Notes: generated by a model from the letters alone, not told the origin. Shown: positions 19,756-28,859, numbered from the stretch's first letter. The stretch is 64,000 nt of DNA from Promethearchaeota archaeon (GCA_048941265.1 JBHLNT010000008.1:10691-74690), one strand, 5' to 3'. Made by a program: numbers and translations.

Positions 19756-20418
19756 CTATTTTCTTCCTTTTTTCATAATAATCTTCATAGCCTTTATATA
19801 CACAGGCGTCGGGATTATTTCTATGTTTTGAATGAAGTTAATCGAGAAAGGTCGATCACATCGAGAACAAAGTCTCGAGCTTTTTAACCAACTTCTAAAC
19901 TCATCAGCGTGTGCTGGGTGTCCACAGTGAGGACAAATAACAATTCCTCTTTTCTCATCTGCAGGAAGTTTTGGTAATTGAAAACAAAATATACATTTGA
20001 AATCTTCCTTATAAAGAATTGTACCTCTTGGTCTTAACTTATTTAGACTATATGTCTTTTTTTTAGCAGCTGAGTTTCCAGTAGCATAAGTTCTATGAAT
20101 TGACGCTGAATTCGACGTTGTTTGACTGTATGTTTTTTGAGTGCTTCTAGTCCTTGTATAGTTCATAGGATTAGTATTAGAGCGTATGGTGGTGCGTGAG
20201 ATAGTGCGGGATGTTGTATGATTTACAGTTCGTGTAGGAGTTCGTCTAATAGTATGAGATGTTGTACGATTTACAGTTCCTGTAGGAGTTCGTCTGGTAG
20301 TGTGAGATGTTGTACGATTTATTGTCCCTCTAGGAGAACGTGTATTGGTGCGATAAGTTGTAGTCTGTGGTTTTGAAAATAAATTAGCTAGCTTAGCAAA
20401 CCATCTCTTTTTAGCCAA
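19756..20418 (-). CDS. RING-like Zn-finger protein with Thr/Arg-rich repetitive N-terminus
   Basis: CIFC-x16-CPHCGHPAH-ADEFRSWL-x5-CSRC. Confidence 0.75.
   Translation of the reverse strand: MAKKRWFAKLANLFSKPQTTTYRTNTRSPRGTINRTTSHTTRRTPTGTVNRTTSHTIRRTPTRTVNHTTSRTISRTTIRSNTNPMNYTRTRSTQKTYSQTTSNSASIHRTYATGNSAAKKKTYSLNKLRPRGTILYKEDFKCIFCFQLPKLPADEKRGIVICPHCGHPAHADEFRSWLKSSRLCSRCDRPFSINFIQNIEIIPTPVYIKAMKIIMKKGRK
20201..20344. repeat. Three tandem 48-bp imperfect repeats (16-aa unit RRTPTGTVNRTTSHTI) inside the RING gene
   Basis: Copies at 20201-20248, 20249-20296 and 20297-20344. Confidence 0.9.
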
Positions 20419-20458
20419 TTTTACACACCACTATTTTTAATTATTTAAAATATAATAT

Positions 20459-20494
20459 AAAAAAAAAAAAATTAAGGGAAGGCATAAAGCCTTC
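20459..20494 (-). terminator. Hairpin plus long T tract after the Ubl gene
   Basis: Minus strand GAAGGC-TTTAT-GCCTTC followed by about 13 T. Confidence 0.65.
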
Positions 20495-20498
20495 ATTT

Positions 20499-20846
20499 TT
20501 AACCTGCGGTACTAGCAGGGATTAAGAGGACTTCGTCTCCATTAGATACACTATAATTGTTAAGGGGCATTCCATCATCCATAGTCACTCCACCCGAGGA
20601 AAGGTGAAAATCAGCTGGATTTAAACCAAAAATATTTCCAATGGTTCGCTTAATATCATTTACGGCAATGCCGTCATTAACAGTTAACTTCTGCTTTTTC
20701 TCACCAGGTCCAATCGTAGATGTGAAATAGAGTGCAATATTTCTCCCTCCTGCTGTGGGAGTCTTGCCAGCTGGAGTTTTTGATCTTGGTACTGGGACTT
20801 CAATATCCTCTGCTAAATCCTCATCAAATTCATCTTTAAAGCTCAT
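20499..20846 (-). CDS. Ubiquitin-like (beta-grasp) protein with disordered N-terminal tail and single C-terminal Gly
   Basis: KLTV...DIKRTI...F...GG..M.D...L.NY.V.NGDEVLLIPASTAG*; SD GGAGTGA before ATG 20846. Confidence 0.8.
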   Translation of the reverse strand: MSFKDEFDEDLAEDIEVPVPRSKTPAGKTPTAGGRNIALYFTSTIGPGEKKQKLTVNDGIAVNDIKRTIGNIFGLNPADFHLSSGGVTMDDGMPLNNYSVSNGDEVLLIPASTAG

Positions 20847-21109
20847 AATTATCACTCCTTTTATTTGTTTTCTTATGATTGTTTTACTTAATTAAATGAT
20901 ACTGGTGGGATTATTTGAATGAATTAGGAATAAATGTGAAGAGTTTTATTATTCAAAAAAAAGAGAAATTGAAACAATCAAAGTTTCTTAAATAACAATA
21001 CTATAAATTGAGTGAACGAATAATAAATCTTATAGGTACAATATTTTATCTTAGAAAGAAATAAGCTTGATAAAAACAGAGCTATTTAATGTGAGCAAAA
21101 AATTCCATT

Positions 21110-21781
21110 ATGAACGCTTCGGATAATGCTGAAAATGTAGTTTTAGGAATAATGAGAGAGTATTTGTCAAGGAAGCCTTTCTTTTCGATGAAAGATATAG
21201 TGGAATTTGTAAATAACCGGGTTAGAAATATCCCTGATATAAATAAGAATAGAATCGAACTCATTACTAAATCCTTTATCAAGAATAGAATAATAATTCC
21301 AGGAACTAAGTTAATGAAAAAGGATATTGTTAATAATCCAACAAGAAATGAAATTTATAAATACATAAAACAAAATCCTGCTAAAAATATCAATGAAATT
21401 ATGAAAGTGCATAATTTAGGGAGTAATTTGGCATTGTGGCATCTTTCTGCGTTGGAAAAATTTCAATTCATAAGGTCTAAAAAAATTAGGAATCAATGTG
21501 TATTTTTTAAATTTGAATCAGATCCGAAATTTGATCATTTATACTATTATATGGCAAATGATATTGTCCAGTCTATTATTAATCTCATGAAGAATGATAG
21601 GCCGCTCAAGATCACAGAAATAGCTGACGGCCTTAAAAAAAATCATAATACTATAAAGAAATACTTGGAAATTTTAACCAATCTGAAATTAGTAGAAATT
21701 GAAAAAGAAAAATCAAGAGATTTATATAAATTAAATAATGAGAGGTACTTAAAAGCAGTAAAATTAGTGCGTAGAGGTTAA
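21110..21781 (+). CDS. Multi-winged-helix transcriptional regulator
   Basis: RNEIYKYIKQNP...WHLSALEKF and ITEIADGLKKNHNTIKKYLEIL HTH motifs. Confidence 0.8.
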   Translation: MNASDNAENVVLGIMREYLSRKPFFSMKDIVEFVNNRVRNIPDINKNRIELITKSFIKNRIIIPGTKLMKKDIVNNPTRNEIYKYIKQNPAKNINEIMKVHNLGSNLALWHLSALEKFQFIRSKKIRNQCVFFKFESDPKFDHLYYYMANDIVQSIINLMKNDRPLKITEIADGLKKNHNTIKKYLEILTNLKLVEIEKEKSRDLYKLNNERYLKAVKLVRRG

Positions 21782-21865
21782 ATTTAATTTACTTCATATT
21801 TAATCCTATTGAATTTTTATTGAATAAAATGAATATAATAATCGTGAGAAAATGATGATAAAATT

Positions 21866-22693
21866 ATGACTTCAAATACATCAAAAAATAAAAAACTAAG
21901 AATTGTGGTACTATTAGCTCAATGTGCTGCTTTTATACTATTCTATCTCATTTTCTTCTTTGGAAATCCTCTTTTCTTTCTTATATTGGTTATAGGGAGT
22001 GTTGTAGTTCTATCCACCGGTACAATTTATACCGTTATACATCAAGAAAGCATGGATGATAGGATGACTGGGAAAAAACAATTCGCATCTAAAGTAAAGG
22101 CGCTTGAAAAGAGAAAAAAGCTACTAAAAGAGAAAGAAACGACTGATATTATTGAAGATTATATAGCTGAAATGCCTTTTATCCGGGAATATGTTGATTC
22201 AGATAAGTCTTATGAAGAGATGTCTTTAATTGAGAATTTTATTTTTACAGAGCTCAGTTCTAAAGAATTGGCTAAAATTAATCGTTTAGGATTAGCAGAT
22301 ATTGAGAAAAAACAGTTCATTAAAGAATTACTTTATTATACTCAGGAAGAAAGGAGTAATTTAATTGATAGCATGATTGAGAACCTTTATAGACCTGATG
22401 AAGAAGTCATATATAAGCCTCCAATGACTTATGTTGAACAGACAAAAACTATTCGTGTTTATGCAATCTCATTAATAGAAGCAGGGGAGAAAAAGAAAAC
22501 AATAAACATAGAATCTACAGAATTTGTAAATATAGTTAAGGATCAGTTGGCGCTTATCTTTGAGTACGATTTGGAAGATTTTCTATTGTCTACAGGGGGT
22601 ATAATCATGAACGAAAACGCCCTAATAAAAGATTATAATATTGAAGATAGGGATGAAATTGTTTTGATTCCTTCAAGAATATCTAAAAAATAA
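21866..22693 (+). CDS. 2-TM membrane protein with C-terminal ubiquitin-like domain lacking a terminal Gly
   Basis: Two N-terminal TM helices; last ~80 aa align without gaps to the Ubl at 20499-20846 (26/80 identities by hand). Confidence 0.8.
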   Translation: MTSNTSKNKKLRIVVLLAQCAAFILFYLIFFFGNPLFFLILVIGSVVVLSTGTIYTVIHQESMDDRMTGKKQFASKVKALEKRKKLLKEKETTDIIEDYIAEMPFIREYVDSDKSYEEMSLIENFIFTELSSKELAKINRLGLADIEKKQFIKELLYYTQEERSNLIDSMIENLYRPDEEVIYKPPMTYVEQTKTIRVYAISLIEAGEKKKTINIESTEFVNIVKDQLALIFEYDLEDFLLSTGGIIMNENALIKDYNIEDRDEIVLIPSRISKK

Positions 22694-22880
22694 AATTATG
22701 TAGAATTTACTTCAAATATATTTTTTTCTTCAAAAATCCAATTTTCCTTTTGTAAACATTTAAAATTATCTTTTTTTATTAGTAATGAAAAGTAATTATA
22801 CTAAAAATACAAGGAAGATATTATTTTAAACTTAAAAATCAAGTAAATTCATCAAGTAAAAAATCTTAAAAGGGGATATT

Positions 22881-23456
22881 ATGAGCGAGGATGAGAGAGG
22901 ATTAGTTTATAAAATAACTGTAATTGGTGATGGTGCTGTTGGTAAAACTTCCTTAATAAAAAAGTTTACTAAGGGAGAATTCAATGAACAATATATAATG
23001 ACAATGGGTGCCCAATTCACGCAATATCAAACTCAAGTCGAAGGAAACCCCCTAGAATTAGTTTTTTGGGACATTGCTGGACAGGAGTCATTTGCTCAAC
23101 TAAGACCGAATTTCTATCAAGGTAGTAGTGCTGCGATTATTGTATTTTCCCATGAGAATAACGAAAAAGGCGAAAAGAGTTTTCAAAACATCACAAAATG
23201 GCTTAATGATGTTAAAAGAAACTGCGGAAGGCTCCCGATAATGTTATTTGGAAACAAGATAGATTTAGTCACAAATATCGATACTATAGTAAAGAATAAA
23301 GAAAATCCAAAGTCAAACTATAACGTAGATATCTTAATGAAAGATTATAACTTTTTAGGGTATTATCTGACAAGCGCATTATCAGGGCAAGGTGTTAATC
23401 AGGCATTTAACATATTAGCCAATAAATTATATCAAATTTACAAAAATTTTGCTTAA
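22881..23456 (+). CDS. Rab-like small GTPase
   Basis: GDGAVGKTS, T, WDIAGQE, GNKID, TSAL: all G boxes intact. Confidence 0.95.
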   Translation: MSEDERGLVYKITVIGDGAVGKTSLIKKFTKGEFNEQYIMTMGAQFTQYQTQVEGNPLELVFWDIAGQESFAQLRPNFYQGSSAAIIVFSHENNEKGEKSFQNITKWLNDVKRNCGRLPIMLFGNKIDLVTNIDTIVKNKENPKSNYNVDILMKDYNFLGYYLTSALSGQGVNQAFNILANKLYQIYKNFA

Positions 23457-23519
23457 AATTTTTATTGTTATCTTTTTTTTATCAAGGATGTGTATCTTCT
23501 AATTCTGTGTTTTTTGCTA

Positions 23520-23972
23520 TTAAAGTTCTAAAGTCTGAAGTCTTGAATACCCTTTTTTGATAAAATCATAATCTAAAAGTTCAATTTTCTCAGGGATAAT
23601 TCTTAAAAGAAGTTTTCGGCGACCTCTAACTATTTTTTGGGCATACTCAAACCCCACATCTCCTCCTTTTAAAAAAATTAACCGATCTTTACCTGTAGCA
23701 GTAATCTGCATTCCCTGGACTTTACCAGTATCCATGGGAGTGTATATTCCGATGCTGACAACTGGATTTTCTTCGATGTTTTTAACTTTTCTTCCAGGAG
23801 CAGGTCCCACATAAATGTTAAAATCATCTGCCTTTTTGTCTATGTAAAAATCCATGGGTGTAGCTCTAGGTATATTATTGGAGCAAGTACATAAAACTAA
23901 AACCTTCCTTTTTTTTAAAAAATCACGAATTTCATTTTTCAGCTCCTCTTCGGGCATTTGCTTGTTATTCAT
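23520..23972 (-). CDS. Pyridoxamine-5'-phosphate oxidase-like split-barrel protein
   Basis: VLCTC...PRATPM...RKVKNIEENPVVSIGI. Confidence 0.85.
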   Translation of the reverse strand: MNNKQMPEEELKNEIRDFLKKRKVLVLCTCSNNIPRATPMDFYIDKKADDFNIYVGPAPGRKVKNIEENPVVSIGIYTPMDTGKVQGMQITATGKDRLIFLKGGDVGFEYAQKIVRGRRKLLLRIIPEKIELLDYDFIKKGYSRLQTLEL

Positions 23973-24085
23973 GTTAAAATCCTCAAAAAACTTGGTCTAT
24001 TTTTAATTAATTAAAGTAAGTTTTAATATACAATGATAAGATTTATTATTTTCAGAAAAATAAAGTTTTATCTGATTAAGAGAAA

Positions 24086-25225
24086 TTATTCAAAAGGAAT
24101 TGCATTCTCTGAATCAACCGCAGACCTTACGAATGGTGAAATAGGGCCTTTCCCTAAAACCATGATACGAGTTTTTGTATCCAGATTTGGGTCCATATTT
24201 GCACCAAATTTAATTTTGGCGTGTTCAGGAACCTCATGTGAGATGGTTGAGACAATTTTATCCACACTTGAGAGCGATAGTTTATGATCACTTGATACAG
24301 ATACTAAGCATCTGTCAACTTCTTTAGTATTTGGTTTCAGAAGCGGATTATGGATAGCCAATTTTGACTTTTGAATTAAATCATTTCCTAATGTTTCAGT
24401 TATGCCAATTAATCCAGAAGGATATTTACCAGATTTTTCAAAGATTTTTCTTACATCTGCAAAATCAATATTGATCAAACCACAATTATTAATAAGATTG
24501 ACCACCTCTCGGATGCTTCGAACTAACACTTCATCCATTATTTTAAAACATTTTAAGATTGGAGAATTCGGAAGGAGTTGCAAAAGATTATCATTTGGTA
24601 TAGGAATGATGGTATCAGAAAATTCTGCTAATTTTTTAAGACCAGTTTTAGCTCTTATCCTTCTTTGCTGTCCCTCAGACCTAAATGGAATAGAACAAAA
24701 CGTTACCACTAATGAATTATTCTTCTTTGCTTCTCGAGCTATAATTGGTGCTGCTCCTGTTCCAGTACCTCCGCCTAATCCACAAGTCAAAAACAAAATA
24801 TCGGCTTTTAAGATTTCACGTAGACGTTTCGAATCCTCTTCTGCCGCAGCTTGTCCAACTATAGGATCATTACCAGATCCGAGACCATTACAATTATTTT
24901 TACCAATTAATATTTTACGTTTTGCATTGCTATAAAAAAGATCATGGGCATCAGTATTGATATTTAAAGTTTCAGTGAATTGAAGACCCATTTCTTGGAG
25001 CCTTGAAATAATATTATTACCAGCACCTCCAACCCCGACCACTAATGTTCTAATCTTTAAAGCTTCCAATAATTCTGACAAATACTCATCTGAGTCGTAA
25101 TTCTGAGTTGAAGAAGCATTTTGAGAAATCTTAGAAAGAGTTTCGAATCTTGATCTAATCGAAGTATCTAATTGAGTAAAATCAGGCATTTTTAATCCTA
25201 GGGGATCCAATTCAATGTCTTTCAA
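24086..25225 (-). CDS. ftsZ: FtsZ-family cell division GTPase with N-terminal extension
   Basis: VGVGGAGNN, INTD, GLGGGTGTG, PFRSEG, T7 loop GLINIDFAD. Confidence 0.92.
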   Translation of the reverse strand: MKDIELDPLGLKMPDFTQLDTSIRSRFETLSKISQNASSTQNYDSDEYLSELLEALKIRTLVVGVGGAGNNIISRLQEMGLQFTETLNINTDAHDLFYSNAKRKILIGKNNCNGLGSGNDPIVGQAAAEEDSKRLREILKADILFLTCGLGGGTGTGAAPIIAREAKKNNSLVVTFCSIPFRSEGQQRRIRAKTGLKKLAEFSDTIIPIPNDNLLQLLPNSPILKCFKIMDEVLVRSIREVVNLINNCGLINIDFADVRKIFEKSGKYPSGLIGITETLGNDLIQKSKLAIHNPLLKPNTKEVDRCLVSVSSDHKLSLSSVDKIVSTISHEVPEHAKIKFGANMDPNLDTKTRIMVLGKGPISPFVRSAVDSENAIPFE

Positions 25226-25404
25226 AATGATTGGCTCTAATATTCTTTTTACTGTATAATATGGGAATTATATCTGAGTAATATATTAGAGTAATATACA
25301 AATAATATCTAAGAATTCCCTTCTTCATGGGGAAAAAATGAAATGAAAAAGAATATAAGTTAAAAATTGCACTATTTATAATGTAAAATAAAAGGTTACA
25401 TAAG

Positions 25405-25650
25405 TTGGAAAGCGATTACAACAAAATTAAAAATGGCGAAAAGGCCCCCGTTGCAGAGGAGCTTGATAAAGATACAGTCAGTGTTAGAGCTATAATTTCT
25501 TGTCCAACGTGTGGCACTAAAAAGTCGTTTAAAAATCATTTTTCTCTAAATTCAATAGAGCAAATGGTCGTTAGTCTTAAGATTTTTGATTGGTTGACTT
25601 GCTCTCAATGTGGAGAATTACTTAAATTGGATTTAGAATTTAAAATTTAA
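25405..25650 (+). CDS. Small Zn-ribbon protein
   Basis: CPTC...CSQC. Confidence 0.7.
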   Translation: MESDYNKIKNGEKAPVAEELDKDTVSVRAIISCPTCGTKKSFKNHFSLNSIEQMVVSLKIFDWLTCSQCGELLKLDLEFKI

Positions 25651-25732
25651 GTTCAGTTGTTTTGAGTTTATTTCTAATCTTGTTTTAACAAATAAATTGT
25701 AATTTTTAAAAAAGAATTATTTTCTCTATATA

Positions 25733-27043
25733 TTATATGTCTAATTTTATTTGACCGTATGTACCCCCTCCACCAGGCATGTAATTAATTTCATCATTTC
25801 TGAATGCTTTAATTACATTTGCCACATCTTTATCAATCTTTTCAATTGTATTAATAGGCATATCAATTAATATATCTAATTCTTTACCCAATTTAGCTAT
25901 TAGATCATCATAAGTTTTTAATACAGTTTTACTTGAAGTACTTTTAATACCCTTAACTGAACGAATTATATCTATCAAGGGAATGGCATTAATATAATTT
26001 GGTCGATGATCAGGATGTTTTGGAGCTTTATAATTTGAAATTACATCAATTCTTTCACTTACACCCAATTTTAGCTTAAAATCTTTTTTTAATTCATCTT
26101 TACAAGCTGGACATATCATTTTGTTTACTGAAACTTGCTCAATATACTGCTGTTTCATAGAAGTAGGATCATTTGAGTAAAAAATTACAAAATTCTCTGT
26201 TGACTTATATTGCGAAAATCCGAAATCAAGACCTTTCTTCGCTTTTTTAAATAAAATTCTCCTTCTACATTTGTTGCAAAACATAGTATAATATTTTCCA
26301 AGTTTCGGATGCAATCCTACATTTAACGTGATTTTTCTCCCGTTTTTTCTTGTTATTGCTAAAAAAATCTCATCAAAAGAGGGATTGTCAATGTCAAATT
26401 TATTGAATTCTCGACCTAATGAGCGAGGATCTTGAGAGTGAGCATCACTATTACTTAAAAATGAGATATCTTTTAAATCATCCATTCTATCTGCTAAATC
26501 GGTATTCGCGGAAAGTCCTAATTCGAGAAAATGAACTTTTTCAACTGCATCTTCATAACAATCTTTTAACGTTTTGAATTTATTTTGACGAAATATTGCT
26601 TTAAATGGTGTAAAAGCATGAGCAGGTCCGATTATACCACCAGAATCACTTATTTTATCAACTAATTCAGCTGGAGATAAATTAACTCTAGGACGACCGC
26701 CCCATTTATCAAGAATATTCTTCGATGAGGGATCTAATTTTTTTTGAACTTCTTTTACAGCAGCAAAATCAGGAAATAGAACCACTTGGTGGATACTTTC
26801 TTGATCCTCTATTTCAGTTTGTAAAACAAAAAAAACATCTTTATAAAAATAAGCACCATCCTTATCTTTTTTAAGGTTTGATTCCAAATATTTTAACCAA
26901 TCTGGTTGTAAAACATCTCCCGTACCTAATATATTCAAATCCTTTTTCTGGCAGGTTTCTAACATTGTATCAAGATTAAGGTTTTTCGATACTGCAATCG
27001 AATAAGGACTGTGAATGTGAAGATCCGCATTATAGATTTTCAT
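25733..27043 (-). CDS. PHP-domain endonuclease Q-like protein
   Basis: DLHIHSPYS, GTGD, PAHAFTP, ELGLSA, SNSDAHS, LGREFN, PKLGKY, GVSERI, PGGGGTYG. Confidence 0.88.
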   Translation of the reverse strand: MKIYNADLHIHSPYSIAVSKNLNLDTMLETCQKKDLNILGTGDVLQPDWLKYLESNLKKDKDGAYFYKDVFFVLQTEIEDQESIHQVVLFPDFAAVKEVQKKLDPSSKNILDKWGGRPRVNLSPAELVDKISDSGGIIGPAHAFTPFKAIFRQNKFKTLKDCYEDAVEKVHFLELGLSANTDLADRMDDLKDISFLSNSDAHSQDPRSLGREFNKFDIDNPSFDEIFLAITRKNGRKITLNVGLHPKLGKYYTMFCNKCRRRILFKKAKKGLDFGFSQYKSTENFVIFYSNDPTSMKQQYIEQVSVNKMICPACKDELKKDFKLKLGVSERIDVISNYKAPKHPDHRPNYINAIPLIDIIRSVKGIKSTSSKTVLKTYDDLIAKLGKELDILIDMPINTIEKIDKDVANVIKAFRNDEINYMPGGGGTYGQIKLDI

Positions 27044-27105
27044 AATTACTCAATAATTTAAAAAAACAATTTAATAAAAAGTTTAGACTGAAAATTATTA
27101 ATAAA

Positions 27106-28182
27106 TTAAGAAACTTTAAGCTTCCATTTGGATGCTTCTTTAAAACATTCTTCAGCTTTTTTAAAATCATTTCTAATTTTGTAGATGGTACCTAAATTTT
27201 TCCAACTTTCAAAATCATTGGGGGTTAAATCTAAGGCTTTTTCATAACACTTGATAGCATTATCATAATCTTTTTTATTTTGATACACATTTCCTAAGCT
27301 TTTCCAGACTGATGAGTAATCTGGATTTAATTCTATGGATTTTTTATAATATTTAATGGCATTATCATACATATTTAATTTACTATAGCTAAAAGCAATA
27401 TTCTCATATAGTGCATCATCATCGGGGTCAAGCCTTAGTGCTTCCTTATAATATTTAATGGATTTTTTAAATTCTTCAATAAAGGTATAGGAGAGTCCTA
27501 ACCCATTCCATGCTTCAATAATATAAAAATCAAATTCAATTGCTTTTTTGTAGCATTTAATTGACTCTTCAAAATTATTCATATCATAATATAAGTTTCC
27601 TAACTTATTCCAAATTTTTGCATCATCAGGTTTTAATTCAAGAGCAAGTCGATAATAGTGAATGATTTCTTCGTAATTTTCCATATCATAATAGAGTTGT
27701 GCGAGATTTTGTATGATGAAAATATTATCAGGGTCAATCTTAAGCGCTTTTTCAAAATTTAGTATAGCCTCGTCATACATCTCTTTTTCCTTGTAAATAA
27801 GGGCGATATTATTAAGGGCATCTATATATGTAGGATCTAATTCTAAAGCTCTTTTATAATAATTAATTGCTTCATCAAAATCTTCATCGTCTTCATATGA
27901 ATATCCAATGTTATAAAACACTATAGCATCGTCAGGAGAAAGTTTTAAGGCATTTTTATAGCACTCAATTGCTTTCTTATTATCCCCGTTATAAGAATAC
28001 ATTAACGCTATGTTGTTCCAGACTTCACTTGAATATGGGTCTAGTTCTGAAGCTTTTTTATAACAATTTAATGCATTGGAATAGTCAGATTCTTCAAAAT
28101 AAACATCTCCTAAATTTAGCCAAGCGTCAAGGTCTTCTGGATCAAGGTTTACATAATGCTTATAGCGTTCAATTTTTTTCAT
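27106..28182 (-). CDS. Tetratricopeptide repeat protein (about 10 TPRs)
   Basis: Repeated 34-aa W-x2-LG...A...Y-KA-EL-P units. Confidence 0.93.
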   Translation of the reverse strand: MKKIERYKHYVNLDPEDLDAWLNLGDVYFEESDYSNALNCYKKASELDPYSSEVWNNIALMYSYNGDNKKAIECYKNALKLSPDDAIVFYNIGYSYEDDEDFDEAINYYKRALELDPTYIDALNNIALIYKEKEMYDEAILNFEKALKIDPDNIFIIQNLAQLYYDMENYEEIIHYYRLALELKPDDAKIWNKLGNLYYDMNNFEESIKCYKKAIEFDFYIIEAWNGLGLSYTFIEEFKKSIKYYKEALRLDPDDDALYENIAFSYSKLNMYDNAIKYYKKSIELNPDYSSVWKSLGNVYQNKKDYDNAIKCYEKALDLTPNDFESWKNLGTIYKIRNDFKKAEECFKEASKWKLKVS

Positions 28183-28294
28183 TATCTCTAAATTTTGAAA
28201 TGAATTATACAAAATAAGTTTATTTCTATACTAAATTTCCATTCTTAGAGATTTTATTTAAAAATAAGAAAGGAGGTAGTTTTAAAAATTATAC

Positions 28295-28483
28295 TTAATC
28301 ATAGCCTAATAGATATATACAGTTCACTAGGTTAAATTCTTCGATCCTGAAATCCATATTTGGATGTTTATCTGAATAATTTATTCTTGGTAATGGCATT
28401 TTTATTACGAGTTTTTGCTCGTCTAGCCAAAAATTATCATAAAACATTCCATCCTTTTTGTCAAAATCTATAAATTTACCCAA
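28295..28483 (-). CDS. Small hypothetical protein (paralog A)
   Basis: SD GGAGGTG; co-linear with 28962-29147. Confidence 0.75.
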   Translation of the reverse strand: MGKFIDFDKKDGMFYDNFWLDEQKLVIKMPLPRINYSDKHPNMDFRIEEFNLVNCIYLLGYD

Positions 28484-28789
28484 TAAAACACCTCCATAAT
28501 TCTTTTTTTATATTCTTTTAATATTTTTTAATTATTTTCATTTTCATTAGTAGTACTCAAAAGCCAAGCTCATTTTTTTATTACTTCTTAATAACCATAT
28601 CTTTTTTTCTTTTTTTTTTCAACCTCCAAATTTTTAATTTTAAATTTATTTGTGATTTAAGTTTTAAATTGATTAAAAACATTCCAATCTTCTAATTTCT
28701 TTTTTTTTCCACCTCAGTTATATTTAAAGATTTTAGTTTTATTTTTTAATTTTAATTATATTAAGATCACTTAGTGCATTTTCATATTT

Positions 28790-28859
28790 AAATGTTTACT
28801 TTTTGTCTGCAAAAGTTGTGCAAATGTTTGCTTTTTATCTGCAAAAGTTGTGCAAATGT
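28790..28859. repeat. 32-bp tandem direct repeat (2 copies plus partial), each with an internal inverted repeat
   Basis: AAATGTTTACTTTTTGTCTGCAAAAGTTGTGC / AAATGTTTGCTTTTTATCTGCAAAAGTTGTGC. Confidence 0.9.

Noticed and set aside
20201-20344. 48-bp repeats as CRISPR or non-coding array
   Set aside because: In-frame coding repeats with no unique spacers
28790-28859. 32-bp repeats as a mini CRISPR array
   Set aside because: Copies are directly adjacent with no spacer, and no cas genes are present
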